Positions 9,176 through 25,586 of a stretch of DNA of 64,000 bases are shown in pieces. The stretch covers positions 2,185 to 66,184 of the forward strand of contig DASWBH010000037.1 of the NCBI GenBank assembly GCA_036390755.1, given 5' to 3'. The stretch comes from Thermoanaerobaculia bacterium. Lineage in GTDB: Bacteria; Acidobacteriota; Thermoanaerobaculia; Gp7-AA8. The position numbers were made by a program, and so were the translations under genes. The notes under the pieces were generated by a model. It was not told where the DNA came from. It did not search any database and saw only the letters and a list, made by a program, of their open reading frames with translations. Positions within the stretch are counted from its first letter, which is position 1. Each line of letters begins with the position of its first letter.

Positions 9176-10030
9176 CCCCGCGACAAGAACTTCTTCACCC
9201 TCGCCGCCGGTCACTTCACGATCGAAGGGCGCTCGCGCGCGGGGCACGAGACGTATTTCCGCGTGCGCGAGCTCGGCATCTCGCTCGACGTCGGGCGCTG
9301 TCCCGATCTCGTCATCAACATGCCGCACGTCTTCGTCACGCACGCGCACCTCGATCACGCCCTCGGCATTCCGCATTACGCGGGACAGCGGCATCTGCAG
9401 CGGATCGAAGGTGGACGCGTGTACGTTCCGTCGGAGGCAGCGGATGACTTCCGGGCGCTGATGGCGCTTCACGAGAAGCTGGAGGACACCGGATACGGCA
9501 TCGAGATCGTGGGCGTCGCCGCGGGTGACGAGGTCCGCATCGGGCGCACGCACGTCGTCCGCGCGCATCGGGCCACCCATCGCGTCGCGGCGCGAGCGTA
9601 TGAAGTGCTCGAGATCCGGCATCATCTGAAGACGGAGTTCGAGCACGCCTCGCCGCAGGAGCTGGTTCATCTTCGCCGGCGAGGCGTTCAGGTCGCGGAC
9701 GAGTTCGCGCAGCCGATGTTGTTCTACACCGGCGACACGGACCGCGGCATTCTCGAAACGAACGAGCGGCTGTTCAAGTCAGATGTCCTGATGATCGAAT
9801 GTTCGTTCATCGAGGACGGGCATCAGGTGCGGGCGGCGAAGTACCGGCACATCCACTTCGACGACATCGCCGAATTCGCGGCGCGGTTCGAGAACCGGCT
9901 GATCGTGCTGACGCACTTCAGCCGCCGCTATTCGCGCGAGGAGATTCACGCTTCGCTCCGGCGGCGCTGTCCGCCGATTCTTCGCGAGCGGCTGCGCCTT
10001 GCGCTACCGCATCCGTTCACGACACTGTGA
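9140..10030 (+). CDS. Metallo-beta-lactamase-fold hydrolase (RNase Z-like)
   Basis: HxHxDH motif (THAHLDHALG). Start set at the ATG at 9140, which forms an ATGA overlap with the HAD stop. Confidence 0.7.
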   Translation: MTNPESRIPYPEPRDKNFFTLAAGHFTIEGRSRAGHETYFRVRELGISLDVGRCPDLVINMPHVFVTHAHLDHALGIPHYAGQRHLQRIEGGRVYVPSEAADDFRALMALHEKLEDTGYGIEIVGVAAGDEVRIGRTHVVRAHRATHRVAARAYEVLEIRHHLKTEFEHASPQELVHLRRRGVQVADEFAQPMLFYTGDTDRGILETNERLFKSDVLMIECSFIEDGHQVRAAKYRHIHFDDIAEFAARFENRLIVLTHFSRRYSREEIHASLRRRCPPILRERLRLALPHPFTTL

Positions 10031-10097
10031 TTGTCCGGCCGAACCCGTTGCACCGAAATTGCACAAGGCGGCGGACAGAAAGGGGTTCTCAGCATCG

Positions 10098-11612
10098 ATG
10101 AAGTGGGTGGGGTCGCGTGTCCTCGCGGGCGTTCTCGTTTTCCTGATCTCGATCGTGCCGCAGCCCGCGGGCGCGGCGAAGCGCAGGAAGCCGGCTCGCC
10201 GCGGGCGTGCCGCACGGGCTGCGCCGGCGAGCGTCGCCACCGGCACGACGCTCGAGGAGCGCCTGTCGTCGCTGATGAACGGCGGGGTCTCGCGGGCGTC
10301 CGAAGCGAGCCTGCAGGTCGTGGAGCTCGAAAACGGGCGCGTCGTCGCGGAGCACGATCCGCATCAGCCGCTCGCGCCGGCTTCGAACATGAAACTGTTC
10401 ACGACGGCCGCGGCGATCGATCTGCTGAAGCCGTCGTTCGAGCTCACGACGACGGTGTTCGTGCGAGGGACGGTCGACTCGTCGGGGACGCTCGAGGGTG
10501 ACATCAAGATCGTCGGCCACGGCGATCCGACGATCGGCGGCCGCTTTCACGACGGTCAGGCCACGGCGGTGCTGCAGGAGTGGGCGACCGACCTGCAGCG
10601 CGCCGGCATCAAGGCCGTTCGCGGCAATCTCGTCTTCGAGTACGGCTACATGGACACGGAGTACATCCACCCGACCTGGCCGCTCGATCAGCTCGTGAAC
10701 TGGTACGAGGCGCCGGTCTCCGCGTTCTCGATGCAGGAAGGCTGCGTTCAGGTGCGGGTGCTTCCGAACCGCCCCGGACGTCAGTGCGTGGTCCAGCTCG
10801 AGCCGCCGACCGAGTTCCTCGAAGTGGAGAACAGTTGCACGACCGGGCGCGGATTGCCGTTCATCACGCGGCCCCGAAACTCGAACACGATCATCGTGCG
10901 CGGCGGCGTTCCCGCGCGGTCGGGTGCGACCGAAATCTTCGTGTCGGTCGAGGATCCGATCCACTACTTCGCGACGGTGACGGCGGAAACGTTCATCCGC
11001 AGCGGGATGCGGATGGAAGGCCGCATCGTGATCACGCCGAAAGATCCGCACAACGACTGGCGTCCCGTGTCGCAGCACGCAACGCCGCTGAACATCGTCG
11101 TCTATGTCATCAACAAGAAGAGCCAGAACCATTACGCCGAGCAGCTCGTGAAGATCATCGGCGCGGAGACGAAGCACAGCGGGACCTGGCAGGCCGGTAC
11201 CGAAGCAGTGACCGGTTGGCTGACGACGAAGCCCGGCGTTCCCGCGGGCGAGTATCACCAGGCCGACGGCTCGGGCATGTCGCGCGACAACCGCGCGTCG
11301 GCGAACGCGTTCATTCATCTGCTGACCTACATGTGGAAGAGCCCGTGGCGCGAGGACTTCGTCAGCTCAATGCCGTACTCCGGCGACCCCGACGCGAAAT
11401 TCGGCAAGCGCCTGCGTCAGGCGCCGTATGCGCGTCAGGTCTACGCGAAGACCGGCTACATCGTGGGCGTGGTCGGTTTATCCGGCTACGTGCACGCGCA
11501 GAGCGGAAAGGTCTACGCGTTCTCCTTCATCTTCAATCACTACAGAGTCGGCGTGTATGCCGTGTACAACCTGCAGGATGAGATGTTGAAGGAGATCATT
11601 CGCAGTGGTTAG
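10098..11612 (+). CDS. dacB: D-alanyl-D-alanine carboxypeptidase/endopeptidase (PBP4, peptidase S13)
   Basis: Signal peptide, SxxK active site (ASNMKLF), and PBP4 fold motifs. The internal ATG at 10098 gives a typical signal peptide. Confidence 0.8.
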   Translation: MKWVGSRVLAGVLVFLISIVPQPAGAAKRRKPARRGRAARAAPASVATGTTLEERLSSLMNGGVSRASEASLQVVELENGRVVAEHDPHQPLAPASNMKLFTTAAAIDLLKPSFELTTTVFVRGTVDSSGTLEGDIKIVGHGDPTIGGRFHDGQATAVLQEWATDLQRAGIKAVRGNLVFEYGYMDTEYIHPTWPLDQLVNWYEAPVSAFSMQEGCVQVRVLPNRPGRQCVVQLEPPTEFLEVENSCTTGRGLPFITRPRNSNTIIVRGGVPARSGATEIFVSVEDPIHYFATVTAETFIRSGMRMEGRIVITPKDPHNDWRPVSQHATPLNIVVYVINKKSQNHYAEQLVKIIGAETKHSGTWQAGTEAVTGWLTTKPGVPAGEYHQADGSGMSRDNRASANAFIHLLTYMWKSPWREDFVSSMPYSGDPDAKFGKRLRQAPYARQVYAKTGYIVGVVGLSGYVHAQSGKVYAFSFIFNHYRVGVYAVYNLQDEMLKEIIRSG

Positions 11613-11870
11613 TCACCGGTTCACGAACTGCTGGCTCGACGGGGAGACCTGCAGCGTGTACACGCCTCCCATGCTGCGCAGCGTCGCTACGGCCTGAAGT
11701 CCCGGGAACTTCAGCACGTCTCCGATCAGCTCGCCCGACTGCTTTTTTACGAAGATGCGCACGGCGTCGTCGACGTTCTCGGCGTCGAAGGTGTGGAAGG
11801 ACACGGAGCCCGGCGGCACCGGCCGCCCGCTCTCGTCCGTGAGGTGCCGCTGCTCCACGGTGAAGCGCAT
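11613..11870 (-). CDS. Hypothetical small protein (85 aa)
   Basis: The 3' end of a long antisense ORF has protein-like sequence, with an ATG at 11870. Divergent from guaB. Confidence 0.35.
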   Translation of the reverse strand: MRFTVEQRHLTDESGRPVPPGSVSFHTFDAENVDDAVRIFVKKQSGELIGDVLKFPGLQAVATLRSMGGVYTLQVSPSSQQFVNR

Positions 11871-11903
11871 GCGGGGTTTTTGCGTGCAATTACGATGCAC
11901 TGA

Positions 11904-13502
<1,599 letters not shown>

Positions 13503-13510
13503 CGCGGCGG

Positions 13511-13909
13511 ATGCGCGTTCCCGGCGACGACGGCATCGGATCGTTTCCGACAGTCAACGACTTTGCCGTGCGCGTGAGCAACACGCCGGACAGGCACATC
13601 GAGTTCGCCAGTTCGCAAGGACGTGTCGCTTCGTTTCCGGCGTGGGAGCGCGCCGATCGCGACCTGCGGCACTTCACTCCGTCGGACGTCCCGATCGGCT
13701 CGATGGATGAACCGTTCGACGATGCCGACGAGAACTGGCGCATCGTGATCCTGGAGCACAAAGGATTCGTCTACGTGCTCGAGGCCGACGATCCGGTCGC
13801 CGAAGATTTCCCGCGCTACTTTCGCGTGCCGCGAAATCGATACCTCACGGCGTGGGCTGCGTTGATCGATTTCTACAATCCCATCAAGCCGCTCGAGGAC
13901 CTTGAGTAG
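13511..13909 (+). CDS. Hypothetical protein (132 aa)
   Basis: ORF immediately downstream of guaB; no family recognised. Confidence 0.4.
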   Translation: MRVPGDDGIGSFPTVNDFAVRVSNTPDRHIEFASSQGRVASFPAWERADRDLRHFTPSDVPIGSMDEPFDDADENWRIVILEHKGFVYVLEADDPVAEDFPRYFRVPRNRYLTAWAALIDFYNPIKPLEDLE

Positions 13910-13927
13910 CTCTCAGAGCTTCATGCG

Positions 13928-15211
13928 TCACCGCTTGAAAACGGTCCCGTCCTTCATCACGAAGGACACGTTCTTCAGCACGTTGACGTCGCGCAGCGGA
14001 TCGCCGCTCACTGCTACGACGTCGGCGTAAGCGCCTGCCGCGATGATGCCGATCTCGCCGGTCTGGCCGAGAAGATCGGCGGCCGAGGAGGTGGCGGCGC
14101 GGATCGCGTCCATCGGCGACATCCCGAATTCCACCATGCGTCCGAACTCCTGCGCGATCGGCTCAGTCCACGGGAAGCCGCCCGCATCGGTGCCGAACGC
14201 GATCTTCACGCCGGCGCGCATCGCCTTCTGGAAGGACGGACCGTGGAGCGCGACTCGTTTGGCATCGCGACGGCCCGACGGTGTGTTCGGCGGATCGTTG
14301 TCGTAGTAGTAGACCGAAAGCGTCGGCACGTACCACGTTCCCTGTCGCACCATCTGCGCTATGGCGGCGTCGTCGAGGTCGAGCCCGTGCTCGATCGAGT
14401 CGCATCCGCCGTCCAGTGCGCGATGCAGTCCCTCGCCGCCGTACGCATGACACGCCACCTTGCGCCTCCAGCCGTGCGCTTCGTCGACGATCGCGCGCAG
14501 CTCGTCGACGGTGAGCGTCGGCTGCGATACGAGATTACCGTTCTTGTCCACCCACGATCGATGGGTCATGTACACCTTGATCCAGTCGGCGCCGTGGTCG
14601 AGCTGTTCGCGCGCCGCTTTGCGCGCCTCGACCGGGCCGTCGACGATCTGCACGCCTTTGGGCAGGCCGGTCAGCTCGGGCGCGTAACCCTCGAGCGGAT
14701 AGCCGCCGGTCGTCGAGATCGCCCGCGTGACCACGAACATACGCGGTCCCGGAATGCGCCCCTCGGCGATGGCCTGTCTGATTCCGATGTCGCCATAGCC
14801 GGCGCCTTCGGTCTCGACGTCGCGAATGGTCGTGAAGCCCTGCTCGAGCGCGCGTCGCGCCGCGACGGCCGCCCGCACCGCGCGATACGCGAGCGGGTAC
14901 TTCAGCAGCTGAACGTCGTAGCCGCCTTCGGCCGGATCTTCGCCCTGCAGAAAGATGTGCGTGTGCGTGTCGATCAGGCCGGGCAGCACGGTCATGTTCG
15001 ACAGGTCGATGACGCTCGCGCCCGCCGGAATCGCCGTCGACGCGCCGCCCACGCTCTCGATGCGATTGCCGCGGATGACGATCACCTGATTGCTGCGCGG
15101 CTGTGCAGACTTGCCGTCGATCAACGTGCCGGCCTTGATCACCGTCACGTTCTGCGCGCGCAGCGACGCGGCGACGAGAACAGAGAGAACGATGAGGCGA
15201 GAGGTGCGCAT
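13928..15211 (-). CDS. Amidohydrolase-family metal-dependent hydrolase (secreted)
   Basis: Signal peptide, HxH motif (DTHTHIF), and an amidohydrolase fold. AGGAGG RBS. Confidence 0.8.
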   Translation of the reverse strand: MRTSRLIVLSVLVAASLRAQNVTVIKAGTLIDGKSAQPRSNQVIVIRGNRIESVGGASTAIPAGASVIDLSNMTVLPGLIDTHTHIFLQGEDPAEGGYDVQLLKYPLAYRAVRAAVAARRALEQGFTTIRDVETEGAGYGDIGIRQAIAEGRIPGPRMFVVTRAISTTGGYPLEGYAPELTGLPKGVQIVDGPVEARKAAREQLDHGADWIKVYMTHRSWVDKNGNLVSQPTLTVDELRAIVDEAHGWRRKVACHAYGGEGLHRALDGGCDSIEHGLDLDDAAIAQMVRQGTWYVPTLSVYYYDNDPPNTPSGRRDAKRVALHGPSFQKAMRAGVKIAFGTDAGGFPWTEPIAQEFGRMVEFGMSPMDAIRAATSSAADLLGQTGEIGIIAAGAYADVVAVSGDPLRDVNVLKNVSFVMKDGTVFKR

Positions 15212-15217
15212 CGGTCC

Positions 15218-15257
15218 TCCTAAGAGCTAAGAGCCAGGAGCTGAGAGCTGGTAGCTT
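15218..15257. repeat. Direct 7-nt periodic array (TAAGAGC TAAGAGC CAGGAGC TGAGAGC TGGTAGC) in a divergent promoter / 5' UTR
   Basis: AGCT recurs every 7 nt. The array lies immediately upstream of the AGGAGG RBS of the amidohydrolase gene. Confidence 0.5.
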
Positions 15258-15263
15258 ATCGCG

Positions 15264-15968
15264 GTGCCGCATCTGAGAATCGTTCTTGTCGAGCCCCGGG
15301 AAGCCGGCAACGTCGGCGCGGCCGCCCGGGTGATGAAGAACTTCGGCTTCGACGATCTCTGGATCGCCGGACAGCATCCCCAGTTGCTTCCCGTCGCCGG
15401 GTGGTGGGCGAGCGGGGCGGATGACCTGCTCGAACGCGCGCACTTCGCGGCGACGTTGCACGACGCTCTGGCCGGCGCGCACCTCACGGTGGCGACCACG
15501 TCGATGCGCGGACGAACGACGCCGGCAGACTTTACGCCGCAAGGTCTCCGCGAGCAGTTCGCGTCGCTCGCTCCGGATCAGACGATGGCGCTCGTCTTCG
15601 GTCGCGAGGACAGCGGGCTCACGCGCGAGGAGGTCGTGCTCTGCCAGGGCACGGCATCGATTCCGACCTCCGAGCAGTTCCCGACGATGAATCTCGCTCA
15701 GGCCGTCGCAGTATTCTGCTTCTCGCTGTCGACGATCGAGCGCGCCGGCGGCTCACGGCAGCTCGCGCCGGCGGAGCTGGTCGAGAGGATGCACGAGCGT
15801 TTCGAGTCGCTCCTTCTCGAGGCCGGCTTTCTTCACGCGAACAATCCCGATCGCATCTACGACGACATCCGTGCGATCCTCGGACGCGCGTCGCTGGACG
15901 AACGGGAAACGACGATTCTGTTGGGAATGGTGCGGCAGATCGAGTGGAGGTTCAGATCGGGCCGGTAA
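15264..15968 (+). CDS. trmJ: SpoU/TrmH-family RNA 2'-O-methyltransferase (TrmJ-like)
   Basis: N-terminal region (RIVLVEPREAGNVGAAARVMKNFGF) is typical of TrmJ/TrmH group. GTG start. Confidence 0.65.
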   Translation: MPHLRIVLVEPREAGNVGAAARVMKNFGFDDLWIAGQHPQLLPVAGWWASGADDLLERAHFAATLHDALAGAHLTVATTSMRGRTTPADFTPQGLREQFASLAPDQTMALVFGREDSGLTREEVVLCQGTASIPTSEQFPTMNLAQAVAVFCFSLSTIERAGGSRQLAPAELVERMHERFESLLLEAGFLHANNPDRIYDDIRAILGRASLDERETTILLGMVRQIEWRFRSGR

Positions 15969-16419
15969 TGCGCCGCTGCGGCGTGTCGTGATTCTTCTTC
16001 AGGCAGTCGGTGATGATCTCGATGAACCGGTCGAGATCGAACGGCTTGAGGATCGCGTTGCACACTGCGGAGGCGGGGATTTTGTCCACGCCGCGTTTTC
16101 CGGCGGCGGTGAAGACCACGATGTGCGGCCGTTCGTTCGGATAATTCTCGGTGATTTTCTGGATGAACTCGTACCCGTTGAGGCGAGGCATCATGAGGTC
16201 GAGGAGGATGAGATCGAACCCGCCGTTCTGCTGGATCTTCTCGAGGCCGACGGCGCCGTCTTCGGCCACCTCGACCTCGAACTTCATCCGCCTGAGAACG
16301 GCCTGCAGCAGAACGCGAATCGCCAGATCATCGTCGATGACGAGGATCTTCCGGCCGCTGCCGTTGATTTTCGATGCTGCCATTTCCGGGCCCTTGATAA
16401 CGGTCGAACTGCGAAACAC
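15952..16419 (-). CDS. Single-domain response regulator (receiver only)
   Basis: Receiver-domain signature (KILVIDDD...LILLDLMMP). Confidence 0.75.
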   Translation of the reverse strand: MFRSSTVIKGPEMAASKINGSGRKILVIDDDLAIRVLLQAVLRRMKFEVEVAEDGAVGLEKIQQNGGFDLILLDLMMPRLNGYEFIQKITENYPNERPHIVVFTAAGKRGVDKIPASAVCNAILKPFDLDRFIEIITDCLKKNHDTPQRRITGPI

Positions 16420-16445
16420 GGATCGAGCTGAAGTACTTCCAGTAA

Positions 16446-19594
<3,149 letters not shown>

Positions 19595-19622
19595 GTGTTC
19601 CTCCCGGGCGCAATTCTATCGA

Positions 19623-20249
19623 TTAGCGCCAGGCGTAGACGTCGACGTTCGCGCGGCTGCGAAGCTGGCTCGTCCACTGCTCGATCTCTTTCTGCAGGCG
19701 GTCGGCGCGCAGGAGCGTCCGAATCTCTTCGCGCACATCCGCGAGCGGAGGAATGGGCAGTCCGCGCTGGCGGCGCTGCTGGCTCCACGTTCCGCGGTAG
19801 TACGCGTCGATGTCTTCGTTCGGGATGAAGACGAGCGGCGCGAAGCGCTCCTGGATGTACGCCTCGACCTGCAGCTGCCGTTTGACGAGCGCGCGAAATT
19901 CGTCGAGCGTCAGCTCCGCGCGCTGCAGTGCGGCGGTGAAATCGGCGGGCGACGCGAACCGCTTCTCGATCTCCTGCAGCCGCGCCTCGATCGAGTCTTT
20001 CGGGATGTCCTGCGCGCCGAATCGCTCGACGTCGCGGAACCGGAGCGCCTGCGCAATCAGGTTGTCGAGCACGGCGCGGCGATAGTCGTCCTCGCTCTGG
20101 CCCGCCGTTCTGGGAAAGAAACGCGTCTCCACCATCTGCGAGACTTCGCTGACTGTAACGACTTGCCGGTCGATGACCGCGGCGACCCGGTCGACCGTCA
20201 CGGCCGAGACCGGCGGCGTAAACAGCAGCAGAAGGAAGAGCTTTCTCAT
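19623..20249 (-). CDS. SurA N-terminal-domain periplasmic chaperone-like protein
   Basis: Signal peptide (MRKLFLLLLF...) and a SurA_N-like helical domain. Start moved to 20249 so that the CIRCE site stays intergenic. Confidence 0.55.
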   Translation of the reverse strand: MRKLFLLLLFTPPVSAVTVDRVAAVIDRQVVTVSEVSQMVETRFFPRTAGQSEDDYRRAVLDNLIAQALRFRDVERFGAQDIPKDSIEARLQEIEKRFASPADFTAALQRAELTLDEFRALVKRQLQVEAYIQERFAPLVFIPNEDIDAYYRGTWSQQRRQRGLPIPPLADVREEIRTLLRADRLQKEIEQWTSQLRSRANVDVYAWR

Positions 20250-20275
20250 TGAACCGGTTAGCCTTGACAGAGCGG

Positions 20276-20302
20276 TTGGCACTCGCGCTAAATGAGTGCT
20301 AA
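20276..20302 (+). promoter_or_regulatory. CIRCE operator (HrcA binding site)
   Basis: TTGGCACTC-gcgctaaat-GAGTGCTAA matches the consensus TTAGCACTC-N9-GAGTGCTAA at 17 of 18 positions. It lies 40 nt upstream of hrcA. Confidence 0.85.
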
Positions 20303-20341
20303 CGCGGCGCATGCCGGTTAGCGCATGCTGCGTGCCCGAAA

Positions 20342-21412
20342 ATGGTACAGAAACTCGACATCCACGGCGACGATCTCGACGCTCGAGCGCGCGAAGTGCT
20401 GCGCGAGATCATCGTCCAGCATATCTCCAGCGGCGAGCCCATCGGGTCCCGGGCGCTCGCGAAATGCGGCCACTTCCAGCTCTCGCCGGCCAGCCTCCGC
20501 AACGTCATGGCCGACCTCGAGGACCTCGGCTACCTGCAGCAGCCGCATACGTCGGCAGGCCGGGTTCCCACCGATCGTGGCTACCGCTTCTTCATCGAGC
20601 ACCTGATGAAATCGCGCGCGCTTTCGGCGCATGAGCGCGAGTCGATCGACGATCAGGTCAGCCACTCCAACGAGTTCGATGAGGTCCTGCAGGCCGCCTC
20701 GAAGCTGCTCTCGTCGATGAGCGACCAGGTCGGCGTCGTCTTCATGCCCACTCTGCTGCAGTTCACGATCCGCAGCATGGACTTCATCCTCGTCGCCGAG
20801 AACAAGATCATGTGCGTGATCGTCGGCACGAACGGCATGGTCGTGAACAAGCTGGTCGAGACGCGGCTGGCGCTCACGCGCGATGAGCTGGAGAAGATCG
20901 GCCGCTATATCAGCAGCGAGTTCAGCGGTCTGACGCTCGACCAGATCCGGCGCCGGCTGATCCTGATGACCGAACAGGAGCGGGCGTTGCACGACCAGAT
21001 GATGCAGAAGACCATCGCACTCGGCATCGACGCGGTGAATGACGTCACCCCTGTGCAGCGCGAGCTGATCGTCGAGGGCGCGACTTCGATTCTGACCAAG
21101 CCGGAATTCGCCGACGCAGGCGCATTGCGCAAGACGTTCCTGGCGCTCCAGGAGAAGGAGAAGCTGATCGACATCCTCGAATCGTTCCTGGGCGAAGAAG
21201 ATCTGCAGATCCTGATCGGATCGGAGAGCGACTTCACGCAGGTGCACAACTTCTCGATCGTCGCGCGGCGCTACGGCACGCAGTCCTCGCCGCTGGGCAT
21301 GGTCGGTATCATCGGTCCGATGCGGATGGAGTACGCGCGCCTCGCGCCGCTGGTCGACTATCTCGGCCGCGCGCTCTCGCGAAAGATCGAGGAACAGGAG
21401 CACAAGAACTGA
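20342..21412 (+). CDS. hrcA: Heat-inducible transcription repressor HrcA
   Basis: HrcA N-terminal wHTH (RAREVLREIIVQHISSGEPIGSRALA) and C-terminal domain. Confidence 0.9.
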   Translation: MVQKLDIHGDDLDARAREVLREIIVQHISSGEPIGSRALAKCGHFQLSPASLRNVMADLEDLGYLQQPHTSAGRVPTDRGYRFFIEHLMKSRALSAHERESIDDQVSHSNEFDEVLQAASKLLSSMSDQVGVVFMPTLLQFTIRSMDFILVAENKIMCVIVGTNGMVVNKLVETRLALTRDELEKIGRYISSEFSGLTLDQIRRRLILMTEQERALHDQMMQKTIALGIDAVNDVTPVQRELIVEGATSILTKPEFADAGALRKTFLALQEKEKLIDILESFLGEEDLQILIGSESDFTQVHNFSIVARRYGTQSSPLGMVGIIGPMRMEYARLAPLVDYLGRALSRKIEEQEHKN

Positions 21413-22026
21413 TGGATCAGAAACCGCCGCCCGGGCAACCCGATGATGACTCGTACATCCTCGAGGACACCGGCGAATCCATCGCCGACATCGAGCACGA
21501 GATGGAAGTCGCCGCGCAGGAAGCCGACGACACGCTGACGCGCGCCGAACAGCCGCCCGCGCCTGGCGGCGCCCAGAACGAGGAGATCCGCAAAGCTCAC
21601 GATCGCTACCTCCGCACGCTCGCTGATTTCGAGAACTATCGCAAGCGCTCCGATCGCGAGAAGGAAGACTTCCGCAAGTACGCCGTCGCGAACCTGCTGC
21701 GCGAACTGCTGCCGGTGCTCGACAACTTCGACCGCTCGCTCGAACACGCGGAGGAGGGCGATGACTTTCACAAAGGCGTGCTGCTGATCTACAAACAGCT
21801 CTTCGACCTGCTGCGGAAAGCGGGACTGCGCCCGATCGACGAGGTGGGCGTCCGGTTCAACCCGAACATCCACGAAGCCGTCATCCGGGAAGAGAACCCT
21901 TCGGTGCCTACGCAGACCGTCACGGCCGTGTTGCAGAGGGGCTATTTCCTGCACGACCGGCTGCTGCGGCCGGCACTCGTGAGGGTGGCAGTGGGCGGGC
22001 CGGAGCAGCCTGACGATGTGCAGTAA
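21412..22026 (+). CDS. grpE: Nucleotide exchange factor GrpE
   Basis: GrpE core (RTLADFENYRKRSDRE...LLPVLDNFDRSL). Confidence 0.9.
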   Translation: MDQKPPPGQPDDDSYILEDTGESIADIEHEMEVAAQEADDTLTRAEQPPAPGGAQNEEIRKAHDRYLRTLADFENYRKRSDREKEDFRKYAVANLLRELLPVLDNFDRSLEHAEEGDDFHKGVLLIYKQLFDLLRKAGLRPIDEVGVRFNPNIHEAVIREENPSVPTQTVTAVLQRGYFLHDRLLRPALVRVAVGGPEQPDDVQ

Positions 22027-22034
22027 AATCGGGT

Positions 22035-22126
22035 GTCATCCTGAGCGAATCGAAGAATCCCCTGCGGGAGCATCATCCGGCTCCGCCGGCACGGGATTCC
22101 TCGCCGTGTGCGCGGCTCGGAATGAC
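22035..22126 (+). promoter_or_regulatory. Bipartite stem-loop in the grpE-dnaK intergenic region
   Basis: Outer stem GTCATCCTGAGC/GCTCGGAATGAC (10 of 12 bp) and inner stem GAAGAATCCC/GGGATTCCTC (9 of 10 bp). Candidate partial terminator or processing element. Confidence 0.4.
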
Positions 22127-22155
22127 ATCGAAACGCCTTTGTTAGCGACTTTCCA

Positions 22156-23991
<1,836 letters not shown>

Positions 23992-23994
23992 TCG

Positions 23995-25110
23995 ATGGCT
24001 ACCACCGAAAAACGCGATTACTACGAGGTGCTCGGAGTCGAGCGGGCCGCTACGATCGATGAGATCAAGAAGGCGTACCGCCGTCTCGCGCTGAAGTACC
24101 ACCCGGACAAGAACCCCGGCGATCCGACTGCCGAAGAAAAGTTCAAGGAGGCTGCCGAAGCGTACGGCGTTCTCTCCGATGAGGAAAAGCGCTCGCGTTA
24201 CGACCGTTACGGCCACGCCGGAACGGCCGGCATGGGCGGCTTCGATCCGAACCAGTTCGCCGACTTCGGCGACATCCTCGGCGACCTGTTCGGGTTCGGC
24301 GATTTCTTCGGCACAGGGCGCCGGCGATCGACGCGCCCGATGCGCGGCAACGACCTCCGCTTCGATCTCGAGCTCGACTTCAACGACGCTGTCTTCGGCA
24401 AAGAGATCACGCTCAACGTTCCGCGCGTCGTGACCTGCCAGACCTGCAGCGGGTCGGGCGCGAAGAAAGGGACGCAGCCGGTCACGTGCACCGGATGCGG
24501 CGGCCGCGGACAGATCCGCTACTCGCAGGGCTTCTTCGCCGTCGCGCGGACATGCCCGCAGTGCGGCGGCGCGGGCAAAGTGATCAAGGATCCGTGCCCC
24601 ACGTGCAACGGCGCCGGCCGCGTCCGCGAGGAGAAGAAGATCTCGGTCAAGATTCCAGCCGGCGTCGACGACGGCTCACGCTTGCGCGTCGCGGCGGAGG
24701 GCGAGTCGGGCGCCAACGGCGGGCCGCCGGGCGACCTGTATGTGTTCATCAGCGTCCGGCCGCATCCGCAATTCACGCGCCGCGACTACGACATCCATTC
24801 CGAACAGCCGGTCACGATGACGCAAGCGGTCCTCGGCGGCGAAGTGAGCACGGCGACGATCGACGGCGACGAGACGCTGAAGGTCCCGCCGGGCACGCAG
24901 CCGAATCAGGTGTTCCGCCTCCGCGGCAAGGGAGTGCAGTTCCTCGACGGCAGCGGCCGCGGCGACCACTACGTCCACGTGTCGGTGCGCATTCCGACTT
25001 CGCTGACCGACGAGCAGAGACGGTTGCTCGATCAGCTCGCGAAACTCGAAGGCGAGGTTCCGCCCGAGCGCAGAGTGCTCGACAAGGTCAAGGATTTCTT
25101 CTCGGCGTAG
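23995..25110 (+). CDS. dnaJ: Chaperone DnaJ
   Basis: J-domain HPD motif, a G/F region, and four CxxCxGxG zinc-finger repeats. Confidence 0.95.
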   Translation: MATTEKRDYYEVLGVERAATIDEIKKAYRRLALKYHPDKNPGDPTAEEKFKEAAEAYGVLSDEEKRSRYDRYGHAGTAGMGGFDPNQFADFGDILGDLFGFGDFFGTGRRRSTRPMRGNDLRFDLELDFNDAVFGKEITLNVPRVVTCQTCSGSGAKKGTQPVTCTGCGGRGQIRYSQGFFAVARTCPQCGGAGKVIKDPCPTCNGAGRVREEKKISVKIPAGVDDGSRLRVAAEGESGANGGPPGDLYVFISVRPHPQFTRRDYDIHSEQPVTMTQAVLGGEVSTATIDGDETLKVPPGTQPNQVFRLRGKGVQFLDGSGRGDHYVHVSVRIPTSLTDEQRRLLDQLAKLEGEVPPERRVLDKVKDFFSA

Positions 25111-25142
25111 CGGCCGCTCGACGTTCGGCGGTACAGTGAGCC

Positions 25143-25586
25143 GTGTCTCGTCGAGGAGGTCGAATGCGACCCATCATTCTCGCCGTCGCGATTCTCTCGA
25201 TGCTTCTGCTCGCAGCCAGCGCGACGCCGCCGGCTCTACTCCGGAGTGATGCCCCGGCGCTCGAAGTGGAGATCCACATCTGGCCGGTGACGCAGGACCC
25301 GTTGCAACTCCTCACGCGCGTCACGCCGGGCATGTATCGCTGCTCGGTGCTCGTGCACGACGAGCCGGGAAGCAATCGCACCTGGAAAACGAAAGACGTC
25401 GTGATCTCGCCCGGTCACAGCGGCGAGGAAACGGCAACCGCTGGTGAGCTGCAGCTTCACTTCAAAGCGACCGTCGATCGCGCGGCGGAGAAGGCGAACG
25501 CGGTGGCAACGGTGACTCGCAACGGAAGAGTCGTCAGCCGGCAGAAAACATCGGTCTTTCTCTCCCGCGCACGCGAGCGTGGCTGA
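25143..25586 (+). CDS. Hypothetical secreted protein
   Basis: N-terminal signal peptide; no family recognised. Confidence 0.4.
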   Translation: MSRRGGRMRPIILAVAILSMLLLAASATPPALLRSDAPALEVEIHIWPVTQDPLQLLTRVTPGMYRCSVLVHDEPGSNRTWKTKDVVISPGHSGEETATAGELQLHFKATVDRAAEKANAVATVTRNGRVVSRQKTSVFLSRARERG

